Of a stretch of 64,000 nucleotides of DNA, positions 19,473-28,566 are shown piece after piece; within the stretch, counting starts at the first letter, position 1, and each line of letters starts with the position of its first letter. Position numbers and translations under genes: made by a program. Under the pieces are notes generated by a model, which did not search any database, had not been told where the DNA came from, and saw only the letters and a program-made list of their open reading frames with translations. This stretch comes from Syntrophomonadaceae bacterium (GTDB lineage: Bacteria; Bacillota; Dethiobacteria; DTU022). Location: positions 28,102 through 92,101 of the forward strand of contig PWYU01000084.1 in NCBI GenBank assembly GCA_003567725.1. Reading direction: 5' to 3'.

Positions 19473-21644
19473 ATGCAGGAACAAATCTATCAACGTTTAA
19501 GCAAAGAACTAAATATCCCACTTAAACAGGTGACCCAGACGGCCTCCCTGCTCGATGAAGGCAACACGGTGCCGTTTATTGCCCGTTACCGCAAAGAAGT
19601 GACCGGAGGATTAACTGATGAGCAGGTCCGCCTGCTTGAAAATAAGCTGGGCGGTTACCGTAACCTGGAACAGCGGCGAGAAGAAGTGTTCCGCCTGATC
19701 GAGGCCCAGGGAGCGCTTACCGAAGACATCAAAAAACAAATAAATAAAGCTGTTACTGTAACAGAGCTTGACGATCTTTACCGGCCGTTCCGGCCTAAAA
19801 AAAGAACCAGGGCCTCCATAGCCCGGGAAAAAGGACTTGAACCCCTGGCCGCGGCGATTTTAGAAGGTGCTGTCAAGCCGGATGAAGAAGCTGTAAAATA
19901 TATTGATCCCGAAAAAGACCTGGTTGATCAAGCGGCCGTTATCAAGGGTGCTTCTGACATTATTGCCGAAATCATATCTGATGATGCCGCTGTCCGGAAA
20001 GCCCTGCGCCATATTTACCGTAACAAAGGCAGTATTGCAGTGGAAAAAAGAGATGACGCTGCAATCACCACTTATAATGACTATGCCGACTACCAGGAAC
20101 CGCTGGCAAAAATAAAAGGGCACCGGGTTTTAGCTGTCAACAGGGGTGTTAAAGAAAAAGTGCTGGAACAAAAGGTCAACGTTCCGGAGGAAAAGGCTGT
20201 TGCTGTCATGTTTGACAGCTATAGCAATGAAAATCAAAACGAAGATTGCCGGGAAATCATAGCATCAGCTGCTACCGACAGTTACCGGCGTTTAATTCAC
20301 CCTTCCCTGGAAAGGGAGATGTGGCATGAGCTATTTGAAAAAGCGATGGAGGGCGCCCTGGTTGTCTTTAAGGAAAATTTAAAAAAAAGACTGCTGGTAC
20401 CTCCGATCCGCCACCGCAGGGTCCTGGGGTGGGATCCCGGTTACCGGACCGGCTGTAAACTGGCCTGTGTTTCTGAAACCGGCGAGCTTTTAGAAACAGC
20501 GGCTGTTTTCCCCACTGCGCCCCGCAATGACCGGAAAGGGGCAGCGGGGACAGTGCTGCATTTAATGAAAAAGCATCGCATCGATTGTATCGCCATAGGA
20601 AACGGGACTGCCTCCCGGGAAAGCGAAACTTATATAGCTGATCTGATCAAAGAACAGGATCTGACTTTAGAATATACCATCGTTAATGAAGCAGGAGCCA
20701 GTGTCTACTCGGCTTCTCCTGCCGCTAAAAAAGAATTTCCCGACCTGGATGTTGCTGAAAGAAGCGCTGTTTCCATTGCCAGGCGCCTTCAGGATCCCCT
20801 GGCCGAACTGGTTAAAATCGATCCAAAAGCGATCGGGGTAGGCCAGTATCAACATGATATGCCGGCTAAAGAGCTCGATTCAGCCCTGACCGGCACTGTG
20901 GAAAATTGTGTTAACAGGGTTGGGGTTGATTTAAACAGCGCCTCTGCAGCCCTGCTTTCCTATGTAGCCGGAATTAATATCTCGGTGGCCAATAAAATAG
21001 TGCTCAAGAGGAATGAAATTGGCACTTTCAATAACCGGACCCAGCTTTTTGAAGTGCCCGGGCTCGGCCCGAAGGTTTTTAAGCAGTGTGCCGGTTTCCT
21101 GCGCTTGCCTGACAGCGACAACTACTTAGAAAGAAGCGCGGTGCACCCCGAATCATATGAACTGGCTGGAAAGATTATGGTTGAGCTGGAAATAAAACCT
21201 GAAGGGCTGGGCGACCCCGGGGCAGTGCCACCCTTGTCCGGTGAAGACTTAAGGGCGCTGGCCTCCAGCCTTCAAGCGGGAGAGCCAACTGTAAAAGACA
21301 TCCTGGAAGAATTCCGCAAACCGGGCCGTGATCCCAGGGAAGATTTGCAACGGCCGGTTTTTCTCAAGTCGGTTACCGAACTTGATGATCTGGAACCGGG
21401 GATGACCCTGCAGGGTATAGTCCGCAACATCGTCGACTTTGGAGCCTTTGTCGATATTGGGGTTCATCAGGATGGGCTGGTCCATATTTCTGAAATATCC
21501 GAGCGTTATATTAAGCATCCTTTGGAAATCCTGCAAATTGAAGCGGTAGTGCCGGTGAAAATCCTTGCTATTGATCGAGAACGCGGCAGGATATCGCTAT
21601 CGATCAAAGAGGCGGAACGGGAAAAAAAGAATCAAGATGATTGA
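19473..21644 (+). CDS. tex: Tex-like RNA-binding transcription accessory protein
   Basis: IARYRKE motif, YqgF/HhH core and C-terminal S1 domain; 723 aa. Confidence 0.9.
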   Translation: MQEQIYQRLSKELNIPLKQVTQTASLLDEGNTVPFIARYRKEVTGGLTDEQVRLLENKLGGYRNLEQRREEVFRLIEAQGALTEDIKKQINKAVTVTELDDLYRPFRPKKRTRASIAREKGLEPLAAAILEGAVKPDEEAVKYIDPEKDLVDQAAVIKGASDIIAEIISDDAAVRKALRHIYRNKGSIAVEKRDDAAITTYNDYADYQEPLAKIKGHRVLAVNRGVKEKVLEQKVNVPEEKAVAVMFDSYSNENQNEDCREIIASAATDSYRRLIHPSLEREMWHELFEKAMEGALVVFKENLKKRLLVPPIRHRRVLGWDPGYRTGCKLACVSETGELLETAAVFPTAPRNDRKGAAGTVLHLMKKHRIDCIAIGNGTASRESETYIADLIKEQDLTLEYTIVNEAGASVYSASPAAKKEFPDLDVAERSAVSIARRLQDPLAELVKIDPKAIGVGQYQHDMPAKELDSALTGTVENCVNRVGVDLNSASAALLSYVAGINISVANKIVLKRNEIGTFNNRTQLFEVPGLGPKVFKQCAGFLRLPDSDNYLERSAVHPESYELAGKIMVELEIKPEGLGDPGAVPPLSGEDLRALASSLQAGEPTVKDILEEFRKPGRDPREDLQRPVFLKSVTELDDLEPGMTLQGIVRNIVDFGAFVDIGVHQDGLVHISEISERYIKHPLEILQIEAVVPVKILAIDRERGRISLSIKEAEREKKNQDD

Positions 21645-22337
21645 ATGAAAAGAAAACAGAGCATGAGCTTTTTCTTCAGGTGAAACAAAACGCTTTTGAC
21701 CCCTGCTTTTATCCCTGGTGAGCGAAGCGGCGCTAAAGGCGGGCCGGCCCCGGAAAGAAACTAGCCAGGGCATGTAAAAAAGGCCGTGAATAAGCGGTAT
21801 ACCGGTGAAAAGAAGATATTTTCTTCCCTGGGGCATCACTTCCCAGAAACCCTGCTTAAAACTGCGCCAGGCCCTGGAAAAATCCGGGCTGGGCATGTTT
21901 ACTGATATAAATCCTTCTTCATTCACTGCAACCAGCACTTCATCACTGTTTTCCAGGGCGGTTACCGGTTTGCCATCATAATCGGCCCAGATGTGGGTTA
22001 AAGAAACATGTTTCCGGTACGCAATATCCAGCTCCTCCATCAGGGAAGCAAAAAGCAGGAAGCGGGCTTTGCAGTCCCCGGCGCCCATGTTTAATGCTTC
22101 ATTTAATGTAGGAAAATACCAGGGCATACTGTGTACTTCCCAATCATAACTGTAGGGCAGCCTGGCATATACAAACTGCTCGATTTCCAGGGGTGTTTTA
22201 TCTTCCAGTTCCCGGGCATAGTCGCTAACCGCGGCTGGCGCAACCGGCGGATGATATAACCTGTACACACTAAACACTAAATGCAGGGGGTTGGGATACA
22301 TTATAACCAAAAACCACCCCATGAGCATTATGATCAT
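21597..22337 (-). CDS. transglutaminase-like cysteine peptidase domain protein (N-terminal TM)
   Basis: GAGDCKARFLLFASL Cys motif, then THIWADYDGK His/Asp block typical of transglutaminase-like cores. The 3' end overlaps the tex 3' end by 48 nt (convergent). Confidence 0.5.
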   Translation of the reverse strand: MIIMLMGWFLVIMYPNPLHLVFSVYRLYHPPVAPAAVSDYARELEDKTPLEIEQFVYARLPYSYDWEVHSMPWYFPTLNEALNMGAGDCKARFLLFASLMEELDIAYRKHVSLTHIWADYDGKPVTALENSDEVLVAVNEEGFISVNMPSPDFSRAWRSFKQGFWEVMPQGRKYLLFTGIPLIHGLFYMPWLVSFRGRPAFSAASLTRDKSRGQKRFVSPEEKAHALFSFHSIILILFFPFRLFDR

Positions 22338-22835
22338 GATCAGGTTTTTATTGGAAATCTGTTTATGCCGGTTCAGCAGGAGGTTCAGCTCCCTTCTTAC
22401 AGTTTATAAATTGGTCCTGTTCAGCCACTACCGGGCTGCTTTTGCGATAAACTCACCTTAAGCTCTCACCCGGCGGCCGGTTTCTTGCCGGACGGCCCGC
22501 TTCGGGCCTCGCTTCGCCGGCCAATTCCAGGCTTTCACTTAATGCTTGACCCGGGCTTTCATTACGGGTATGCCGGGTTAATTTAAAACAGGCTGATCTT
22601 CCATCATGAAAATGGTAAGAAAAGACAGTATACAGATAGAGATAATTACTTCCTTAAAAGTAATATAAGTGAAAAAAGTGAAAAATGCAATCCGCACCAG
22701 ATCGCTGTGGCTAACCAGGACTTAGTTAACCTTATCCTGGCTTTAAAATGCTTTTGTTTGTAATTGTGATCACTTTTATATACAATGGTGCCAGGGATTT
22801 TTAGCTGGAGAAGATAATTTCGAGGAGGCTGGATT

Positions 22836-24107
22836 ATGAAAGCAAAAGCCCTGACTGTTATAACTGGTGTCCTGCTTCTTACTGCCGCAGCAGCCTGGCT
22901 GTTAAGAGTGGAGTTTGCCTTTTTTAGTAATTTTTATCTCCTCTATCTCGGTTTGCTCCTGGCTTTGCTGGGGCTGACCTTTATTCTGCTGCAATTTATA
23001 TTAGCATCAAGGATAAAAATACTGGAGAGAGGGTTTGGCTTAGACCGGATGTTTAGCTGGCACCGCATTTTTGGTCGGGCCGGTTTGATTATGGTTACCT
23101 TGCATGCGGTGTTGATCGTGGCCTTTCGGTTAAGTTATTTTGGCCAGATCTTTTTTAATGTTTTTATATTTTTAGGAGTGCTGGCTTTGCTGGGTTTTAT
23201 GGTAACCGCCGGGTTGGCCTCGACTTACAAGAAGATCGGTCTGGCTTATGAAACCTGGCGCAACATTCACCTGGCTAACTATGTCCTTTTCCCTGTGGTC
23301 ATGGTTCATGCCTTTTATCACGGCCCACCGGGCTCCTTGCTCTACTACTATCTATATTTACTGGGCCTGCTTTTTTTGGCCGTTATAATCTATCGCCTGG
23401 TGAGGATTATTTCTATGCGCCGCAACCCTTATGAAGTGACTGAAGTCCGGCAGGAAGCAGATGATATCTGGAGCCTGTTTTTTAAAGGTCCCCGCCTGGA
23501 TTTTAAGCCGGGGCAGTTTATGTTTATCCAGCTTTTTAGGGATGGGCAGCTCTCATCTCCCCATCCTTTTACCATATCAGCCAGCCCTACAGCTGAAAAC
23601 CTCTCCATTACCCCCAAAAAATTGGGCGATTTTACGATGACCATCAAGGATACCAGGCCCGGTGACAGAGCCTATATTGATGCTCCGTACGGGGTGTTTA
23701 GCTTCCTTAACGTTGCACCCGGTGAACTGGTATTTATAGCCGGCGGTATTGGCATTACCCCTTTTATGAGCATGCTTCGCTACAGCTATGATCATAAGCT
23801 TGATCAAAAGGTAACTTTATTCTGGGCCAACCGCAGCGAAAAAAATCTCTGTTTTCAGGAAGAACTGGAAACCATGCAAAAAGAAATGCCCGGCCTGAAA
23901 GTAATCCCGGTCATGTCTGATCAACCTGACTGGAGCGGTGAAAAAGGCCATATCAAAGCCCCGGTGCTTATGAATTACCTGGAGTCCCTGGGCAATAAAG
24001 AATATTTTGTATGCGGCCCTCCGGCCATGAGCAGGGCTGTCATCAATGAACTCAAGCAATTAAATGTATCATCTTTAAAAATACACACTGAACTATTTGA
24101 GCTGTAA
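22836..24107 (+). CDS. ferric reductase-like transmembrane protein fused to an FAD/NAD-binding oxidoreductase domain (NOX/FRE-type)
   Basis: Six TM helices with conserved His pairs, the HPFTISASP FAD motif, and GGIGITPF NAD motif. Confidence 0.65.
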   Translation: MKAKALTVITGVLLLTAAAAWLLRVEFAFFSNFYLLYLGLLLALLGLTFILLQFILASRIKILERGFGLDRMFSWHRIFGRAGLIMVTLHAVLIVAFRLSYFGQIFFNVFIFLGVLALLGFMVTAGLASTYKKIGLAYETWRNIHLANYVLFPVVMVHAFYHGPPGSLLYYYLYLLGLLFLAVIIYRLVRIISMRRNPYEVTEVRQEADDIWSLFFKGPRLDFKPGQFMFIQLFRDGQLSSPHPFTISASPTAENLSITPKKLGDFTMTIKDTRPGDRAYIDAPYGVFSFLNVAPGELVFIAGGIGITPFMSMLRYSYDHKLDQKVTLFWANRSEKNLCFQEELETMQKEMPGLKVIPVMSDQPDWSGEKGHIKAPVLMNYLESLGNKEYFVCGPPAMSRAVINELKQLNVSSLKIHTELFEL

Positions 24108-24135
24108 TCATTAATCAGCTGGGAGGGACCGGATT

Positions 24136-25767
24136 TTGAGCGATTTGATTTTTCACAACGGCCGGGTGATTACCATGGAAGAAAGGCCGGCAGAAGCCGA
24201 AGCTGTGGCCGTTAGCGGCGATATAATAGCTGCAGTAGGAAAAAACGCCGATATTTTGAAACTGCAAAATGAAAAGACCAGCCTTATCGATTTGCAGGGC
24301 CGGACGCTGTTGCCGGGCTTCAACGACAGCCATATGCATCTGATTGGTCAGGCCATGACTTCGGAAAAAGCGGATTTACGCACCTGTTCCGGAGTTGATG
24401 AGATCGTAGATGCTGTAAGGGATTTTATCAAAGTTAACGAGGTTGATAAAGGGCACTGGGTTTTCGGTTGGGGTTGGGATCAAAGCCTGTTCAATGAAAA
24501 ACATTTCCCCACCCGTGATGATTTAGATCGGGCTTCTCTTGATCATCCCTTAGCGATTATGCGCACCTGCTGCCATGTTCTGGTGGCTAACACGGCCGCT
24601 TTGAAAGCGGCCGGGATCGATCGCAAAGCTGTTGAGGTCGAAGGTGGTAATATCAGGCTTGATCACCGGGGAGAACCTAACGGGATCCTGGAAGAAAGGG
24701 CTATGAACCTGGTAACAGATTTACAGCCTCCCATGGACAAGGATAAATTAAAAAGCCTGATCAAGATGGCTGCAAAAAAATTCCTGGCAGCCGGCCTGAC
24801 TTCTGTTCAGACTGATGACCTGGCCGGCGCCGGAGTAGAGTGGGCTCCTTTTCTAATTGATGTATACCAGGAGCTGGAAAAATGCGGCGAGCTGCCCCTG
24901 CGGGTTAATTTGCAGGTGCTTTTGCCTGAAATAACATTGCTGCGTTCTTTTCTTGATCAGGGTTACCGCACCGGGCAGGGCGGTGACTATTTTAAAATAG
25001 GGCCGCTCAAACTCTTGACAGATGGTTCGATCGGCGGCCGCACTGCTCTATTATCCAACCCTTATGAAGGCAGCCCTGGTGGCTGCGGGGTAGCGGTTCT
25101 GGAACGCGGAAAAGTTGAAGAACTGGTTAACCTGGCCACTGAAAATGGGATGCAATGCGCTGTGCATGCCATTGGTGATGCGGCGGTCAAGATGGTGCTT
25201 GAAATATATCAGGAGGCAGTCAGGCTCTATCCTCACCCCGATCCGCGCTTCCGGATCATTCATGTTTCCATGGCCAGTCCCAGGATCCTGGACCGCTTTG
25301 AAAAACAGGAAGTTATTGCTGATATTCAGCCCTCTTTCACTCCTTCTGATTATCTTCTGGTGGACAAGCATCTGGGGCCCAAACGGGCAGCCTGGACCTA
25401 TCGCTGGAAGGAGTTTGCTGATCGGGGGATAAAAATGGGCGGCGGTTCTGACTGCCCGGTGGAAAACTATGAACCCCTGGAAGGCATCCATGCCGCCGTG
25501 AACAGGCAGGATCGAAACGGTAATCCTCCGGGAGGTTGGTATCCCCAGCAATGCTTAAGCCTTGAGGAAACCCTTTACATATATACCATGGGTTCTGCTT
25601 ACTGCACTTATGAAGAAAATGAAAAAGGCAGCATTGTCCCGGGAAAGCTGGCCGATCTGGTTGTTCTTTCCGAAGATATTGTCAGCGCTGATCCGGCCCG
25701 GATCGCAGATTTAAAAGTTGATCTTACTGTGGTAGGCGGTGAAATTGCTTTCAGCAGGGTTTTATAA
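24136..25767 (+). CDS. amidohydrolase family protein (amidohydrolase-3 / YtcJ-like)
   Basis: GFNDSHMHL metal-binding motif. TTG start with GGGAGGGA RBS. Confidence 0.7.
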   Translation: MSDLIFHNGRVITMEERPAEAEAVAVSGDIIAAVGKNADILKLQNEKTSLIDLQGRTLLPGFNDSHMHLIGQAMTSEKADLRTCSGVDEIVDAVRDFIKVNEVDKGHWVFGWGWDQSLFNEKHFPTRDDLDRASLDHPLAIMRTCCHVLVANTAALKAAGIDRKAVEVEGGNIRLDHRGEPNGILEERAMNLVTDLQPPMDKDKLKSLIKMAAKKFLAAGLTSVQTDDLAGAGVEWAPFLIDVYQELEKCGELPLRVNLQVLLPEITLLRSFLDQGYRTGQGGDYFKIGPLKLLTDGSIGGRTALLSNPYEGSPGGCGVAVLERGKVEELVNLATENGMQCAVHAIGDAAVKMVLEIYQEAVRLYPHPDPRFRIIHVSMASPRILDRFEKQEVIADIQPSFTPSDYLLVDKHLGPKRAAWTYRWKEFADRGIKMGGGSDCPVENYEPLEGIHAAVNRQDRNGNPPGGWYPQQCLSLEETLYIYTMGSAYCTYEENEKGSIVPGKLADLVVLSEDIVSADPARIADLKVDLTVVGGEIAFSRVL

Positions 25768-26159
25768 ATGACGCTTTAATAACCCGAACAGGACTAATGG
25801 CCCCGGTTTTTTTGTTGACTGATTAGTGCTGCAAGGGCTGGCTCTTGTTTTATAATAACCGCCCTGGCGGGGAAGCCCTTTTGAAGCCTTTTCTGACGGC
25901 ATTTTGTTTTGCTGCGGTTACTATAGAATCTTTTCTGCCGGTGCTGCCGGACGGCCTGAAGTTAGCCGTCATACTTATTAAATATAATCATGTCTGCTCA
26001 GCCTGTGTCGTCTGGTATTGCTGAAGCAGGCTAAGCAGTTCATAATATCATGTAATGGCCTTATTTAAATTTTCTACCGGCCTGTGCGGTTTGTAAAATA
26101 TAACTGAAAAAGGGTGGATAACAATTACAAAAATATCAGCGCTTGGACGACCGATTGAA

Positions 26160-26957
26160 TTGAGCTGGGCCGCTAACCGGGTCATCGTATACCTGACCCT
26201 GGCCGTTTTTGCTGCTGTATTTCTATATCAGCTGGTTTTAACAGTTCCTTTCATTGAGGCGCTGGGGGTTGCCGGTTCTACCGCCCTGGCTGTTTTTCTG
26301 ACCTGGGCAATGAGCCGGGAAATAGATCCAGCCCATGACTGGTCTGCTTTTGCAGGCCTGCCTTTTACGCTGGCTGCTGCTTTGCTTTACGGTTCTCCTA
26401 CTCTGATCACCCTGTTCTTTTTATTGCTTTTTAGCCGGATGATAAATGGAACAACCGGCCGCCGGGCCACCTTATTTGACGCTGTTATGCTGAGCGCACT
26501 GGCAGTAATACTTTTTACAAATAGCGTCTTCATTGGCCTGCCTCTGCTTGCGCTTGGCTTTGGCTTTGAGGCAATAACTGTCCCGGGCAATCGTGACAAA
26601 GCCTATTTTTCTGTTCTGTCCATAATTATTTTTATAATGATGCTAATCTTTTTTTATCCGGACCATTATTATGTTCCCGGCTACAATCTTTATACCGGAA
26701 CTGCTGCCCTGATAATGATAATCTTAACCATTATTTTGATTGCCGGGACAAAAGAAAGCCGGGTCAAAGCAGATCACGGTAATAAAAAGCTTGAAAACAG
26801 CCGCATCCTGCTGACCCAGGCGGCGGCAGCCTTTTTTATCATTACAGAACTTTTTTTCAAAGGCAACATCGCCCTGGTTATGCTTTATCCGGTCCTGTTT
26901 GCCTACCTGGGGACTGCTGTTTACAATCTGGTAAGGAGGCCTGATCGTGGTGGATAA
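26160..26957 (+). CDS. polytopic membrane protein of unknown family, translationally coupled to the decarboxylase
   Basis: Seven or eight hydrophobic helices. TTG start. Overlaps the next gene by 11 nt. Confidence 0.45.
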   Translation: MSWAANRVIVYLTLAVFAAVFLYQLVLTVPFIEALGVAGSTALAVFLTWAMSREIDPAHDWSAFAGLPFTLAAALLYGSPTLITLFFLLLFSRMINGTTGRRATLFDAVMLSALAVILFTNSVFIGLPLLALGFGFEAITVPGNRDKAYFSVLSIIIFIMMLIFFYPDHYYVPGYNLYTGTAALIMIILTIILIAGTKESRVKADHGNKKLENSRILLTQAAAAFFIITELFFKGNIALVMLYPVLFAYLGTAVYNLVRRPDRGG

Positions 26958-28356
26958 AGAATCATTTCGCCGGCACGGATATCAATTTATTGACTGGTTG
27001 GCTGATTATTTTGAAGAAGTGGAGAAATATCCGGTTCGCTCTACCCTCAAACCGGGTGAGGTCAAGGATGCCCTGCCGGGTGGGCCGCCTTTGCAGGGTG
27101 AATCAATGGATATAATTTTCGATGATTTTCAGAAGATTATCGTGCCCGGGATTACCCACTGGCAGCATCCGGGCTGGTTTGCCTATTTTCCAGCCAACAA
27201 CAGCCCGGCTTCGGTCCTGGCCGAACTATTAACCGCCGGGATTGGAGCCCAGTGCATGATCTGGCAAACCTCTCCGGCCGCTACCGAGCTTGAAGAAGTA
27301 GTCATGCGCTGGCTGGCCCAGATGATTGGTCTGCCCGAGTCAATGAGCGGGGTAATTCAGGATACTGCTTCTACGGCCACCCTGTGTGCCCTGCTAACAG
27401 CCCGGGAAAAAGCTACCAGTTATGAAGCCAACCGTACCGGGCTGCGCCGGCCTCTCTGTGTTTATACTTCCGAGGAAGGCCATTCCAGCATCGATAAAGA
27501 TGTTAAAATCGCCGGTTATGGCACCGATTACCTGCGCCACATTCCTACTGACCGCAATTTTGCCATGATCCCGTCAGAACTGGAAAAGGCCATTGAAAAA
27601 GACCGGGCACAGGGGCTGGAGCCAGCCTGTGTAATCGGCACTATCGGGACCACTTCATCAACGGCCGTGGATCCCTTGAGCGAGATTGGTTCTATCTGCC
27701 GCCGTCACGGACTCTTTTTTCATGTAGATGCCGCTTACGGCGGGACGGCCGCTTTACTGGAAGAGAATAAAGATCTGCTGGCCGGTGCTGAGGACTTTGA
27801 TTCCTTTGTTTTCAATCCTCACAAGTGGATGCTCACCAATTTTGACTGCTCTGCCTATTTTGTAAAAGATGAAGAAGCGCTGACCCGTACTTTCGAGATC
27901 CATCCCGAGTACCTGAAAACCGGTTTAGATGCGGAAGTTAAAAATTACAGGGACTGGGGGATTCAGCTGGGAAGACGTTTTCGGGCTTTAAAGCTGTGGT
28001 TTGTTATTCGCAGTTACGGGGTTGAAGGTTTACGTGATCTTGTCCGGGAGCACCTGCGCCTGGCCGGCCTGTTCAAAAAACTGGTGGATGAAGATGAACG
28101 GTTTGAAGTGATGGCCCCGGTCCGCTTCAGCCTGGTTTGCTTCCGCTATAAAAAGCCCGGAGCCTCAGAACAAGAGCTGGCCCGGTTGAATGCAGCGCTG
28201 CTGGAAAAAATAAACCGCAGCGGCCGGGTTTTTTTAACCCATACTTCACTGAAAGGCAGCTATACTATCAGAATGGCCATTGGCCAGAGAACTACAACAG
28301 AAAAGCATGTCCGTCAGGCCTGGGACCTGATTTCTAAAAGCGCTGCTGAACTTTAG
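26947..28356 (+). CDS. aromatic-L-amino-acid decarboxylase (group II PLP-dependent decarboxylase)
   Basis: FNPHKWMLTNFDCSAYFVKD (PLP-lysine region) and global similarity to DDC/TyrDC family proteins. GTG start after an AGGAGG RBS. Confidence 0.8.
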   Translation: MVDKESFRRHGYQFIDWLADYFEEVEKYPVRSTLKPGEVKDALPGGPPLQGESMDIIFDDFQKIIVPGITHWQHPGWFAYFPANNSPASVLAELLTAGIGAQCMIWQTSPAATELEEVVMRWLAQMIGLPESMSGVIQDTASTATLCALLTAREKATSYEANRTGLRRPLCVYTSEEGHSSIDKDVKIAGYGTDYLRHIPTDRNFAMIPSELEKAIEKDRAQGLEPACVIGTIGTTSSTAVDPLSEIGSICRRHGLFFHVDAAYGGTAALLEENKDLLAGAEDFDSFVFNPHKWMLTNFDCSAYFVKDEEALTRTFEIHPEYLKTGLDAEVKNYRDWGIQLGRRFRALKLWFVIRSYGVEGLRDLVREHLRLAGLFKKLVDEDERFEVMAPVRFSLVCFRYKKPGASEQELARLNAALLEKINRSGRVFLTHTSLKGSYTIRMAIGQRTTTEKHVRQAWDLISKSAAEL

Positions 28357-28566
28357 ATCTTTAATTGATATAATCTGAATATATAAACTTCGGTTTTAGG
28401 CTGGCCGGCCGGCCAGGGTATGATATAATAGCTTTAACCGACCGACCGGTCAGCCGGTTTTTTGCGGCATTTGCCGGCCGGGTTTGGAAAATAAGAAAAA
28501 GTTTGCAGCTTAAGCCTGTCATCAATCAATCCTTTAGGCCTGCTGCTCTTTTAGGAGATAGCTAGC

